Shown: positions 49,793 to 59,499 of the stretch, piece after piece
Position numbering within the stretch: position 1 is the stretch's first letter
Layout: each line of letters begins with the position of its first letter
From: Candidatus Multivoradales bacterium
Lineage (GTDB): Bacteria; Acidobacteriota; Thermoanaerobaculia; Multivoradales; JAHEKO01
Direction of reading: 5' to 3'
Assembly (NCBI GenBank): GCA_965223855.1
Contig: CBDCXM010000002.1
Coordinates: 128,001 to 192,000, forward strand
Length of the DNA: 64,000 nt
Program-made: the position numbers and the translations under genes
Notes under the pieces: model-generated
Database searches by the model: none
Told to the model about the DNA's origin: nothing
What the model saw: the letters and a program-made list of their open reading frames with translations, nothing else

Positions 49793-49807
49793 AATCGTGT
49801 GGCACTT
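49793..49807 (-). repeat. Inverted degenerate motif copy downstream of the transposase
   Basis: The reverse complement reads AAGTGCCACACGATT (13/15 match). Confidence 0.75.
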
Positions 49808-49817
49808 TGTTTCTTCT

Positions 49818-51602
49818 CTACTGCGTCTTGTGCCGCGTTGCGACGCGTCGGCGCAGGGACTCGATGGAATCGTCTGGCACCGCGGTGATGAGCTGGCGGG
49901 TGTAGGGGTGTCGCGGGGCGGAGTAGATCCGCTCGGCGGCGCCGAACTCGACGAGGCGGCCGGCTCTCATGACGGCGATCATGTCGGAGGCGAAGCGGAC
50001 GACGGAGAGGTCGTGGCTGATGAAGAGGTAGGCGAGGTTGCGCTCCTCCTGGAGGTCCTTGAGGAGGTTGAGGACCTGGGCCTGGACGGAGACGTCGAGC
50101 GCCGAGACGCACTCGTCGCAGATGACGAGATCCGGATCGACGGAGAGCGCGCGGGCGATGGCGATGCGCTGCCGCTGCCCGCCGGAGAACTCGTGCGGGT
50201 AGCGTTCGAGGTGATCGGCCTCCAGCCCAACTTCGGCAAGCAGGGCGGCTGCTCGTTCTCGACGGTCGCTTCGGCTGTCACCGATTCCGTGGACCGCCAT
50301 CGGCTCCGTCAGCAGGGCGCCGACTCGCATCCTCGGGTTGAGCGAACCGTAGGGGTCCTGGAAGATCATCTGGAAGCGACGGCGGGATCTCCGAAGCACT
50401 TTTCCGCGCAACGTCGCCAGATCCACGCCGTCGAACATCACCGACCCGGCGGTCGGCTCGATCAGTCGCAGGACGGCTCGTCCGAGGGTCGTCTTGCCGC
50501 AACCCGACTCGCCGACGAGCCCGACCGTCTGGCCGCGGTAGATGTCGAGATCGACCGCATCGACCGCCCGGACCGGCGGCGAGCCGCCACGCAACCAGCT
50601 CTGCCGACCGGGATACTCCACCTCCAGGCCTCGGATCGAGAGCAGGGGAGTCTCGCCTTCTTCGACGAAGGTGGCTTCGCTGTCACCGCCTGAGTCGAAC
50701 CCGGGGTGGAGGCGCCGGGGCCGCCCGGCCGATTCGTAGGAGGCGAGGTCGAGCGCTCCACCGTCCCGCTCCGCCGTGAGGAAGTCGCCGACGGTCGGTA
50801 GCCGCCGGAAGGTCGTGTCGAGTCTCGGGCGGCAGGCGAGAAGCCCACGGGTGTAGGGATGCCGCGGCCGCTCGAAGAGTTCGAGCACCGGCGCCGTCTC
50901 GACCAGCTTGCCCTGGAAGAGCACCGCGACATCGTCCGCGATCTCGGCGATAACCCCCAGGTCGTGGGTGATGAAGAGCATCGCCATCCCGCGCTCGTCG
51001 CGCAGCCGGCGGAGCAGTTCGAGAATCTGAGCCTGCAGCGTCACATCGAGCGCGGTCGTCGGCTCGTCGGCGATCAGCAGCCTCGGCGACCCGGCGAGCG
51101 CCATCGCGATCATCACTCGCTGCTTCTGGCCGCCGGAGAGTTCATGCGGAAACGAGTGGTACCTCTCGGCCGGCCCCGGAAGGCCGACCTCCTCGAACAG
51201 TGTTACGGCCCTCTCGGCCGCCTCCCGCCGCGATGTGCGCTCGTGAAGACGGATCGTCTCGGCCACCTGTTGCCCGACCTTGTAGACCGGGTTGAGGGCG
51301 GCGCCCGGCTCCTGAAACACCATGGCAATCTCGGCGCCGCGGATCGGACGCAGCTCGCGCGGCGGAAGCCTCACCAGGTCGCGACCGAGCCAGGAGACGC
51401 TGCCGGCGGTGAGACGGGCGTTGTCCGGAAGCAGTCCGAGCACCGACAGAGAAGTCACGGATTTCCCGGAACCGGACTCGCCGACCAGCCCGAGCGTGCG
51501 TCCGGGCTCGATCGAGAAGCTGACGTCGTCGACGGCGATCGCCGTGCCGCCGAACTCGGTTCTGAGTCCGTCGACTTCGAGCAGCGGCTTGATCTCTGTC
51601 AT
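49818..51602 (-). CDS. Peptide/nickel ABC transporter ATP-binding protein with two fused ATPase domains
   Basis: [17 protein letters not shown] and [21 protein letters not shown]; HPYT twice; ATG at 51602. Confidence 0.95.
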   Translation of the reverse strand: MTEIKPLLEVDGLRTEFGGTAIAVDDVSFSIEPGRTLGLVGESGSGKSVTSLSVLGLLPDNARLTAGSVSWLGRDLVRLPPRELRPIRGAEIAMVFQEPGAALNPVYKVGQQVAETIRLHERTSRREAAERAVTLFEEVGLPGPAERYHSFPHELSGGQKQRVMIAMALAGSPRLLIADEPTTALDVTLQAQILELLRRLRDERGMAMLFITHDLGVIAEIADDVAVLFQGKLVETAPVLELFERPRHPYTRGLLACRPRLDTTFRRLPTVGDFLTAERDGGALDLASYESAGRPRRLHPGFDSGGDSEATFVEEGETPLLSIRGLEVEYPGRQSWLRGGSPPVRAVDAVDLDIYRGQTVGLVGESGCGKTTLGRAVLRLIEPTAGSVMFDGVDLATLRGKVLRRSRRRFQMIFQDPYGSLNPRMRVGALLTEPMAVHGIGDSRSDRRERAAALLAEVGLEADHLERYPHEFSGGQRQRIAIARALSVDPDLVICDECVSALDVSVQAQVLNLLKDLQEERNLAYLFISHDLSVVRFASDMIAVMRAGRLVEFGAAERIYSAPRHPYTRQLITAVPDDSIESLRRRVATRHKTQ

Positions 51603-51738
51603 GGAAGAGGTCTCGAACCCGGGAGCCGTGCCGGTCGCTGACACCGGCGCCTCACGATCGCGAAACTCTAGCAGCGCCTCGCGGACATGCTCGCCTCCTC
51701 GTCTATGATCGGCACGCATCAGCCGAAAGGAGTCGCCC

Positions 51739-53376
51739 TTGACAGCCATCCGCCCCATCACCGAAGTCGCTCGCGACCTCGGAATCGCCGACGATCACCT
51801 CGTCCCGTACGGTAGCGACAAGGCAAAGGTGCGTCTCGCCGCCCTCGAGGGCCGCCCTCAGGGACGACTCGTCCTAGTCTCGGCCATCACGCCGACGAGC
51901 GCAGGCGAGGGCAAGACGACGACCTCGATCGGCCTCGCGCAGGGGCTGGCGAAGATCGGAAAGAAGGTCTGCCTGGCTCTGCGCGAGCCGTCGCTCGGCC
52001 CGACCTTCGGCAAGAAGGGAGGCGCCACCGGCGGTGGCCGTTCGATCGTCGTCCCTACGGTCGACATCAACCTTCACTTCACCGGCGACTTTCACGCGAT
52101 CACGAGCGCCAACAACCTGCTGTCGGCGATTGTCGACAACCACATCTACCATCGCAAGGAGCCCGATCTCGACCCGCGGCGGGTGCTGTGGCGGCGAGTG
52201 ATCGACCTCAACGACCGGGCGCTGCGCCACACCGTGGTCGGCCTCGGCGGGAAGCTCCAGGGGGTACCGCGCGAGACCGGGTTCGACATCACCCCGGCTT
52301 CCGAGATCATGGCGATTCTCTGTCTGGCGCAGGACGAGGACGACCTGCGACGACGCCTCGGCAAGATTCTCGTCGGCTTCACCTACCAGGAGGAGCCGGT
52401 CCTTGCGCGAGATCTCGGTGCCGTCGGGGCGCTGATGGTGCTGCTGCGCGACGCGATCCTGCCCAACCTCGTGCAGTCGATCGAGGGAGTTCCGACGTTC
52501 ATCCACGGCGGGCCGTTCGCGAATATCGCCCACGGCTGCAACTCGGTGCTGGCTACGCGGATGGCGCTCGCACACTCCGACTGGGCGATCACGGAGGCTG
52601 GTTTCGGCTTCGACCTCGGAGCAGAGAAGTTCTTCGACATCAAGTGCCAGTCGGCCGGCCTCGAGACCGCCGCCGTCGTGCTGGTCGCTACGGTGAGAGC
52701 CCTCAAGCGCCACGGCGGCGTGCCGGCCAGACGTCTCGGAGAGGACAATCCTGACGCCGTCGCCAGGGGGCTGCCGAATCTTCACAAGCACGTGCAGAAC
52801 ATCCGCGCCTTCGGCCAGATCCCGGTCGTCGCTCTCAACCGGTTTCATACCGACAGCTCGGAGGAGATCTCGGCGGTCGAGAGCGCTTGTGCCGAGGCGG
52901 GGGTGCCGTTCGCCGTCTCGAACCACTTCGCCGAGGGTGGCGACGGCGCCACCGAGCTCGCCCGCACGCTGGTCGAGCATGCCGAGACTCAGTCGTCCCG
53001 CTTCACGCCGCTCTACGACTGGTCCGAGCCAGTGCGCGACAAGATCGACAAGGTCGCCCGCACCATGTACGGCGCCCGCGAGGTGGTGTACTCCAAGCTC
53101 GCGGACAAGGATCTGGCGCGGCTCGAGGATCTCGGCTACGGCGGCCTGCCGGTGTGCATCGCCAAGGCGCCCACGTCGCTCACCGACGACCCGCGCATCG
53201 CCGGTCGTCCCGAGGACTTCGCCGTCACCGTTCGTTCGTTCGAGCTCTCGGCGGGTGCCGGTTTCCTGATCCCCCTTCTCGGTGACGTCATGAGGATGCC
53301 AGGCCTGCCGCGTGAGCCGCAGGCCGAGTCGATGGATCTCGTCGATGGGGAGATTCAGGGTCTGATGGGAGCGTGA
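51739..53376 (+). CDS. fhs: Formate--tetrahydrofolate ligase
   Basis: AGEGKTTT, LREPSLGP.FG.KGGA.GGG, INLHFTGD, HGGPFANIAHGCNS, TEAGFG.DLGAEKF, MPGLP. Confidence 0.97.
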   Translation: MTAIRPITEVARDLGIADDHLVPYGSDKAKVRLAALEGRPQGRLVLVSAITPTSAGEGKTTTSIGLAQGLAKIGKKVCLALREPSLGPTFGKKGGATGGGRSIVVPTVDINLHFTGDFHAITSANNLLSAIVDNHIYHRKEPDLDPRRVLWRRVIDLNDRALRHTVVGLGGKLQGVPRETGFDITPASEIMAILCLAQDEDDLRRRLGKILVGFTYQEEPVLARDLGAVGALMVLLRDAILPNLVQSIEGVPTFIHGGPFANIAHGCNSVLATRMALAHSDWAITEAGFGFDLGAEKFFDIKCQSAGLETAAVVLVATVRALKRHGGVPARRLGEDNPDAVARGLPNLHKHVQNIRAFGQIPVVALNRFHTDSSEEISAVESACAEAGVPFAVSNHFAEGGDGATELARTLVEHAETQSSRFTPLYDWSEPVRDKIDKVARTMYGAREVVYSKLADKDLARLEDLGYGGLPVCIAKAPTSLTDDPRIAGRPEDFAVTVRSFELSAGAGFLIPLLGDVMRMPGLPREPQAESMDLVDGEIQGLMGA

Positions 53377-54071
53377 GGCACCTTCGGGCGGCAAGGAGAC
53401 CTCGGCTGCGGCGCCGATCGGAGTCGGCCGGTGAGCAGCCGGTCGTGCTGCTCCACGGTCTCGCGCGGGGACGCTGGTCGATGGCGCGGATCGAGCGTCG
53501 GCTGCGGCGGGACGGATACGTCGTACACAACATCGGCTACCCGTCGAGGCCCCGCTCGCTCCATCATGCACTCGGGTCGGTCGAGGCGGAGCTCGACAAG
53601 CGCGACCTCGTCGGGTCGCGACCGCTGTACTGGGTCACCTACTCCCTCGGCGGCCTCCTGGCGCGCGCCTACATGGGGCGGCATCAGCGCAGTGGCGATC
53701 GGATGGTGATGCTCGCTCCGCCAAACCAGGGGACCGAGATCGTCGACGTCGTCGGCAGCTGGAAATTGTTCCGGGCGGCGTTCGGTGACCTGGCGGCCGA
53801 GCTCGGGACCGAGGAGGGGAGTCTGCCTCGCACCCTCGAGGTGCCCGATGCGGAGGTCGGCGTCATCGCCGGCAACCGGTGGGTCAACCCGCTCGGCCCG
53901 CTGATGTTCGAAGAGGATCACGACGGCACCGTGACCGTCGAAAGCACGAAGCTGCCCAACCTGCGCGACCATCTGGTGGTCCCGCACAGCCACACCTTCC
54001 TCATGGCGGCGTCGGACGTCGCGCGGCAGACCTCACACTTCCTGCGCCACGGCCTCTTCGAGAGATCCTGA
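53373..54071 (+). CDS. Alpha/beta hydrolase (small lipase/esterase-like)
   Basis: VVLLHGL, TYSLGG, LAPPNQG, DGTV, SHTF; GTGA overlap with fhs. Confidence 0.88.
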   Translation: MRHLRAARRPRLRRRSESAGEQPVVLLHGLARGRWSMARIERRLRRDGYVVHNIGYPSRPRSLHHALGSVEAELDKRDLVGSRPLYWVTYSLGGLLARAYMGRHQRSGDRMVMLAPPNQGTEIVDVVGSWKLFRAAFGDLAAELGTEEGSLPRTLEVPDAEVGVIAGNRWVNPLGPLMFEEDHDGTVTVESTKLPNLRDHLVVPHSHTFLMAASDVARQTSHFLRHGLFERS

Positions 54072-54094
54072 GGCCCGGCAAGTCCCGGGAGACC

Positions 54095-54604
54095 ATGGCA
54101 CCCGACGACGAGTTGGAAGAACTGCGAGACGCGCTCGCCGGGGTGACACCGCTCGACGGGGGGCCGCAGCGGGTTGAGAGGCGGCGTCCGCGAGGGAGGC
54201 GTGCCCACGCGCCTTCCCGATCGTCCAGCGCTCCTCGCATTGAAGTCGAGACGTGGGGGGAGTACCACCAGGGGCTGGCCGCGCGCGGAGACTCGCTCCA
54301 GCTGCGCAAGCTGGAGGCTGGTGAGTGGAAGGTCGATCGCGTGGTCGATCTTCATGGAGAGAGTGAGGAGTCCGCCCGTCTCGTGCTGCTCGAGGAGGTG
54401 CGACGGGCCCGCAGGGCGGGGCAGCGGGTGCTCAGGGTGGTCCATGGCCGGGGGCTTCGTTCTGCCGCCGGGCCGATTCTGCGGAATGCCGTTCGAGGCT
54501 GGCTGGGATCCCCGCCGCTGGCCGCCGAGATCGTCGCCTTCACCTCTGCCGGCCCGCTCGGCGCCGCCGGCGGGGCGACCGTGGTTCTGCTGAGACCCCG
54601 CTGA
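54095..54604 (+). CDS. Smr/MutS2-C domain protein
   Basis: VDLHG, VVHGRG.RS, GGATVVLL; ATG at 54095. Confidence 0.9.
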   Translation: MAPDDELEELRDALAGVTPLDGGPQRVERRRPRGRRAHAPSRSSSAPRIEVETWGEYHQGLAARGDSLQLRKLEAGEWKVDRVVDLHGESEESARLVLLEEVRRARRAGQRVLRVVHGRGLRSAAGPILRNAVRGWLGSPPLAAEIVAFTSAGPLGAAGGATVVLLRPR

Positions 54605-54655
54605 CGTCCCGGCTGACGTCCCGGCTGCCGCCGGCCAGGCCCCGGGCGCGGCCGG

Positions 54656-55387
54656 TTATCGTGCCGCCGCTTCGAGAGTCCGTCGCAGCGCTCGTGCTTC
54701 GTGCTCGAGCGCTGTCGCAGCCCGGACTTCGAGTTTAGCCGCGGACTCGGTCTCTTTCTCGTCGCCCAGGCCGGCGTCCCGAAGCCGCCTCAGGTCGCGC
54801 AGGATGCGGTCGCGCAGGGACTCGGCGTCATCGACTCCGCGGAAGACCGCCTTGTGGAGGTCGTGCTGCTTGCCGTCCTTCTCGAGGTCGTTCTGGCCGC
54901 CGCCGCCCGCCGTGCGAATCTCGAGATCGGCGATGCCGAAGAAGCGCTGCAGCGGCCCCTGGCGCACGCTGACGTTCTGCACGTTGGCGAAGCTCACCGT
55001 CTGCTCGCGGATGCGGAAGATCCCTTCGCGCACCCGCAGGCTTCGATCGGTGACGGCGTACCAGCGCAACTCGTAGTCGAGGCGCCGGACGGCGTAGGAG
55101 AGGACGAGCTGGATCGCGAACAGCCCCAGGGCGAGCAGTTCGAGCCCGCGCACGTAGCGGCCGATCAGCGCGTCGAGCTGCTCCGGCAGCATCGAGCCGA
55201 AGAAGAGGCCGAAGACGATGCCCGCGAGAGCGCCGAGCTGGCGGAGCCCCCACTCGGTGAGCCGATAGCGGAAGTAGCCCGGCGCCGCTCGGAAGACCCT
55301 GGCCGACTCGGCACGGCCGGACGGGAGGTCGGGCGGCGGCGGCACGCGGTAGAGCCGCAGCAGCAGGGAGCGAAGGCGGTCGATCAA
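54656..55387 (-). CDS. Bacterial PH-domain (bPH_2/YdbS-like) membrane protein
   Basis: Y.VTDRSLRVREG, VQNVSVRQGPLQRFFG...I.TAG. Confidence 0.88.
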   Translation of the reverse strand: MIDRLRSLLLRLYRVPPPPDLPSGRAESARVFRAAPGYFRYRLTEWGLRQLGALAGIVFGLFFGSMLPEQLDALIGRYVRGLELLALGLFAIQLVLSYAVRRLDYELRWYAVTDRSLRVREGIFRIREQTVSFANVQNVSVRQGPLQRFFGIADLEIRTAGGGGQNDLEKDGKQHDLHKAVFRGVDDAESLRDRILRDLRRLRDAGLGDEKETESAAKLEVRAATALEHEARALRRTLEAAAR

Positions 55388-55929
55388 GGTTCGAGCCCGA
55401 CCGTGTCGTCAGGCGCCGTGTCGTCAGGCGCCCGGCGCTCCTCCAGGAGACGCCGGATCGCCCGCAGCTCCTCCGTCGCCGCTTCGAGCGCCGCCGCCGT
55501 CGGGCTGTGCTCTTCCTCGTCGGCGAGGCCCCGCATTTTCGAGTAGAGGAAGTCGCGCACCTCCTCGAACTGCGGCAGTCCTTCGAGCGTCATCTCCGCC
55601 TTCGCGCTGGCGCTCGCAGTCTGGATCTGGATGCGCGCGAGGCCGAGCCAGCGCTCGACGGCGTTGCTGACGAGGTGGATGTCCTGGATCCTGGCGTAGG
55701 TGAGGTGGATCTCGCGACGGAACAGCACTCCCCAGCGCATCGAGACTCCCTCTTCGTCGAAGCCGTAGCGCAACGACCGGTACCGGAAGCGAAGGAAGAT
55801 GAGGAAAAGCCAGAAGAGCGGTCCCGCGACCAGCGAGAAGACGATGTAGTAGGTCCACAATGCCGGGTCGGGTCGCTCCAGGCCCCGCACCCGGGCCAGC
55901 GACGGGGTCGCCGGGCGCTCTGAGTTCAC
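55384..55929 (-). CDS. Bacterial PH-domain (bPH_2/YdbS-like) membrane protein
   Basis: LRY.FD..GV...WGVLFRRE..L.YARIQD...ERWLGL..I.IQTA. Confidence 0.88.
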   Translation of the reverse strand: MNSERPATPSLARVRGLERPDPALWTYYIVFSLVAGPLFWLFLIFLRFRYRSLRYGFDEEGVSMRWGVLFRREIHLTYARIQDIHLVSNAVERWLGLARIQIQTASASAKAEMTLEGLPQFEEVRDFLYSKMRGLADEEEHSPTAAALEAATEELRAIRRLLEERRAPDDTAPDDTVGLEP

Positions 55930-58900
55930 GGCCGGGTCTCTCCGTGCACCCAGCCGTGTTGCTCACCGAGCCGCCGCAGCCAGGTCGAGGTCGCCGGCGG
56001 CAACGTGTCGCCGCCCTCGAGCTCGAAGAAGAACGGTTCCCGGGTGGAGGTCCCGCTGCCGATCTGCGTCATCGTCGAAACGTCGTAGAGACGGCCGTTG
56101 ATCATCGTGTGCGTGACGTACTCGGAGCGCTTCAGGTCAACCAGCGGGTCGCCGTCGATGACGACCAGGTCGGCGAGCTTGCCCGGCTCGATCGACCCGA
56201 TGTCGCCGTCGAGACCGAGATACCAGGCGCCGTCGAGGGTGCCTCCACGCAGTGCCTCCCACGGCGACATTCCGCCTTGTTCCATCATCCACATCTCCCA
56301 GTGCGAGGCGAGCCCCTCCCGCTGGCCGTGGGCGCCGATCATCACGCCGACACCGCGATCCCGCAGCGCCTTGGCGAACCGGGCGACGTCGATGTGGTTG
56401 TAGTGGTCGTCCGGTGCCGTCTGGCGGCGGATCGCCCGCGGTTCGACAAGGAAGCGCGGAACGTAACGCAGCAGGCGCTCGTTCTTCCACACCTCGGTAC
56501 GGTCGTACCAGTAGAACTCACCCGACATGCCGCCGAAAGCGACACCGAACGTCGGCGAGTAACCGGTCCCGCTCTGCGACCACAGTTGCAGCACGTCTTC
56601 GTACCCGCGGGCGAGCGACAGCGAGTGCTCGATGCCGGTGTGCCCGTCGATGATCTCGGTCATGTTGTGCTGGAAGTTCATCCCCCCTTCCGGGACGACC
56701 ATCACTCCGAGCTCGCGCGCCGCGGCGAGGATCTGCTGGCGCTGATCGCGCCGCGGCTGCTGGTAGCTCTTGACGGTGAAGGCGCCGACGTCGTTGAGCC
56801 TCCGAACGTGGAACCGGGCGTCGTCGAGCGAGTCGACCTTGCTCGAGAAACCGGGAACTCTGGCGCCGTAGAGGATGGTGCCTGTCGAGAAGATCCGAGG
56901 CGCCAGGGTGAGGCCGGCGCGCTGCAGCTCGGCCGCCGAGAAGATGCTGGCGGTGTCGTTCGATGGGTCGTGGATCGTCGTCACGCCGAAGGCGAGATTC
57001 GAGTACTGAAGCCAGTTCTGCTGCGGCTGCAGGCCCGAGCGGGCCATCGCCCCGTGCGCGTGGACGTCGATGAAGCCGGGCACGATGGTGCGCCCGTCGA
57101 GCTCGACGACGGTCGCCTCTTCCGGCACGGCGACCTCCGCGGCCGGTCCGACGGTCGTGATCCGGTTCCCTTCCACGAGCACCACGCCGTTGTCGATGAC
57201 CTCCTGCTGACCGTCGCGAGCGCCGCGCATGGTGACGACGCGCGCACCTGTGAGGGCGAGCATGCCGGATGGCCGATCGGCATCGATCGCGAAGCCGAGG
57301 TCGAGGCCCTCCTCTGCCGGTTCCGGGAGCTCTTCCGGCGAGTCGGCGAAGAAGCCGAAGGCGTCGTTCAGCCGCCGCGAGTAGAGGGTCGCACCGTTGG
57401 CCCAGGAGAGCGTCGTTCCGTCCGCCGACCAGTGGAGGAACTCTCCCGAGCGGCCGGAGACCTTCGACACCGGCAGGCCCCCGCCGGAGCCGTCGAGCGA
57501 TAGGGCGCCGCCCGCCCGCGGGAACGCCGCCACGAACGCGTCGTACGACTGCCTGAAGCCGACCCAGCGGCCGTCCGGAGAGACCTCGAACTCGGTGATG
57601 CCCGTACCGCGGGCGTGGGTGAGCTCGTCGTGCCCCGAGAGGTTGACGCTCTTGAGAATCAACTCCTGGTCCTCGCCGTCTTCGGCGAAGTAGATCCGGT
57701 CCTCGCGGGCACCGAAATGCGGACGTGCGCCGCGATCGAGGATCCGCTCGGGCGCTGCGGATCCGTCGGCGGGCACCCGGTAGAGGCCCGGTTCGAGCGA
57801 CCAGAGGGGCGACAGCAGGTATCCACCGGTGATCTTGCGGAAGACCACGGTCTCGCCGTCGGGCGAGAAGGCCGGCTCGACGTAGTGACCCGGATTCTCG
57901 GTCAGAGTGCGACCTTCGCCGCCGCCGATCGGGACGACCCGCACGCTGCCGAGCCCCTGATCGCTCCAGGTCGTGTAGACGACCCGGCGGCCGTCGCGCG
58001 ACACCCGCGGGTGGAACTCCCAGTGATCGCTCTGGCGGGTCAGCCGCCGCCGCTCGCCGGAGGCGACTTCGTGGACCCAGAGATGTCCCAGCGCCTGGAA
58101 GACGACCCGGCTGCGGTCCGGCGTGTACTGCGCCCAGCGCAGCATCCGGATCTTCGCTTCGTCGGGAGCGACCTCCACCGGGACCCGCAGCGTCTCCTGC
58201 ATCCGGCGCTCGGTGGTAATCCGTACCGGGATCTCCGTCACCTGCCGCGACTCGACATCGATTCGGTGGTAGCCGCCACCCGACCAGAAGACGATGGCAC
58301 GGCTGTCGGGCGTCCAGGCGAAGGCGGGGTAGTTGCCCTGATTGCCGTTCGTCTCCTGGAGATCGCGCTCGAGACCGCGATGGATCGCCCACTCCTTGCC
58401 GCTCTCGAGATCCTTGAGGTAGAGCGCGCTCGTGAGGCCCGGGACCCGCTTCACGAAGGCGAGCCGGGTGCCGTCGGGCGACGGGGTCGGGCGGATGGCG
58501 CCGCCCGGACCGCTGGCGAAGGTGTCGCGCACTCCCGTCTCGAGATCGAGCCGCTGGACCACGAAGATCTGACCGGTCGAGTCCTTGTTGTACTGCCAGA
58601 CCCGGCCCGGCGTCGTGTCCTGGCTGTAGAAGAGGTACCGGCCATCGACGGAGAGCGAGGGTTCGGCGAGATTCTTCTGACTCTGCGGTCCGTGGGATCT
58701 CTCCACGAGCTGGACTCCGTCGCCGCCGGACGCGTGGTACAGCCAGATTTCGCCGCCCGGGATCGAGCGCGTTCCGACGATGCCCTTCTTGGCGACGATG
58801 TAGTCGCCGTCGGGGCTCCACCAGGGGTTGTAGATCAGATCCTCGCTCTCGCTGCTGACCTGGCGCGCGTCACTGCCGTCGGCCGCCATCACCCAGATGT

Positions 58901-59318
58901 TGTCGGCTCCGTCGCGGTCGGAGATGAACGCGATCTCCGTGCCGTCGGGGCTGTAGCGCCCCTGGATGTTCCATTCGATCCCTTCGGTCAGCGCGGACGC
59001 CATGCCGCCGGCGATCGGCACGGTGTAGAGGTCGCCGAGCATGTCGAACAGCAGCGTCTCGCCGTCGGGGCTCACATCGACGTTCGACCAGGTGGTCTCG
59101 GTCGTGTCGATGGTGACCGAGCGCCACTCGCCGGGAGGGTTCGAGACGTCCCAATCCTCCTCGGTCTGATCGTCGGGTGGCTCTACGGTGTCCGCGGTCT
59201 CGGCTCTCTCCTCGTCAGGGGAGGCAGCCGGGGCGGCCGCGAAGGCGGAGTCGAGGATCGCACCAAGGGGCACACAGAGAACGAGCGACAGCAGCGCTAC
59301 GGAGATTCGTGGACGCAT
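55926..59318 (-). CDS. Secreted amidohydrolase with N-terminal TolB/PD40-type beta-propellers
   Basis: Signal peptide from ATG 59318; SPDG repeats; PGFIDVHAH, GVTTIHDP, GSIEPGKLADLVVIDGDPL. Confidence 0.93.
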   Translation of the reverse strand: MRPRISVALLSLVLCVPLGAILDSAFAAAPAASPDEERAETADTVEPPDDQTEEDWDVSNPPGEWRSVTIDTTETTWSNVDVSPDGETLLFDMLGDLYTVPIAGGMASALTEGIEWNIQGRYSPDGTEIAFISDRDGADNIWVMAADGSDARQVSSESEDLIYNPWWSPDGDYIVAKKGIVGTRSIPGGEIWLYHASGGDGVQLVERSHGPQSQKNLAEPSLSVDGRYLFYSQDTTPGRVWQYNKDSTGQIFVVQRLDLETGVRDTFASGPGGAIRPTPSPDGTRLAFVKRVPGLTSALYLKDLESGKEWAIHRGLERDLQETNGNQGNYPAFAWTPDSRAIVFWSGGGYHRIDVESRQVTEIPVRITTERRMQETLRVPVEVAPDEAKIRMLRWAQYTPDRSRVVFQALGHLWVHEVASGERRRLTRQSDHWEFHPRVSRDGRRVVYTTWSDQGLGSVRVVPIGGGEGRTLTENPGHYVEPAFSPDGETVVFRKITGGYLLSPLWSLEPGLYRVPADGSAAPERILDRGARPHFGAREDRIYFAEDGEDQELILKSVNLSGHDELTHARGTGITEFEVSPDGRWVGFRQSYDAFVAAFPRAGGALSLDGSGGGLPVSKVSGRSGEFLHWSADGTTLSWANGATLYSRRLNDAFGFFADSPEELPEPAEEGLDLGFAIDADRPSGMLALTGARVVTMRGARDGQQEVIDNGVVLVEGNRITTVGPAAEVAVPEEATVVELDGRTIVPGFIDVHAHGAMARSGLQPQQNWLQYSNLAFGVTTIHDPSNDTASIFSAAELQRAGLTLAPRIFSTGTILYGARVPGFSSKVDSLDDARFHVRRLNDVGAFTVKSYQQPRRDQRQQILAAARELGVMVVPEGGMNFQHNMTEIIDGHTGIEHSLSLARGYEDVLQLWSQSGTGYSPTFGVAFGGMSGEFYWYDRTEVWKNERLLRYVPRFLVEPRAIRRQTAPDDHYNHIDVARFAKALRDRGVGVMIGAHGQREGLASHWEMWMMEQGGMSPWEALRGGTLDGAWYLGLDGDIGSIEPGKLADLVVIDGDPLVDLKRSEYVTHTMINGRLYDVSTMTQIGSGTSTREPFFFELEGGDTLPPATSTWLRRLGEQHGWVHGETRP

Positions 59319-59499
59319 GGGACCTCCCGGTTCGGGCGACGGACCGCCATCTGGATCGTGCGGCCGTCGACGAGGGTGAACCGGGATTCTACGCAAGGGC
59401 GGCCGGACGGACCGATGATCGGTCGTCCGGTTGAACTTCCCGCCTGTGTCCTGAGTGTCGGACGCCGGCCGAGTGCGTCACGGCGCTCGACGATCGGGA

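Noticed and set aside
53630-53655. TYSLGG instead of the usual THSLGG nucleophile elbow
   Set aside because: Tyr before the catalytic Ser is common in alpha/beta hydrolases, and the triad appears intact.
54601-54624. 12-bp tandem duplication CTGACGTCCCGG x2 (and a 15-bp one near 55401-55432)
   Set aside because: Isolated slippage-type duplications at gene ends with no evident function.
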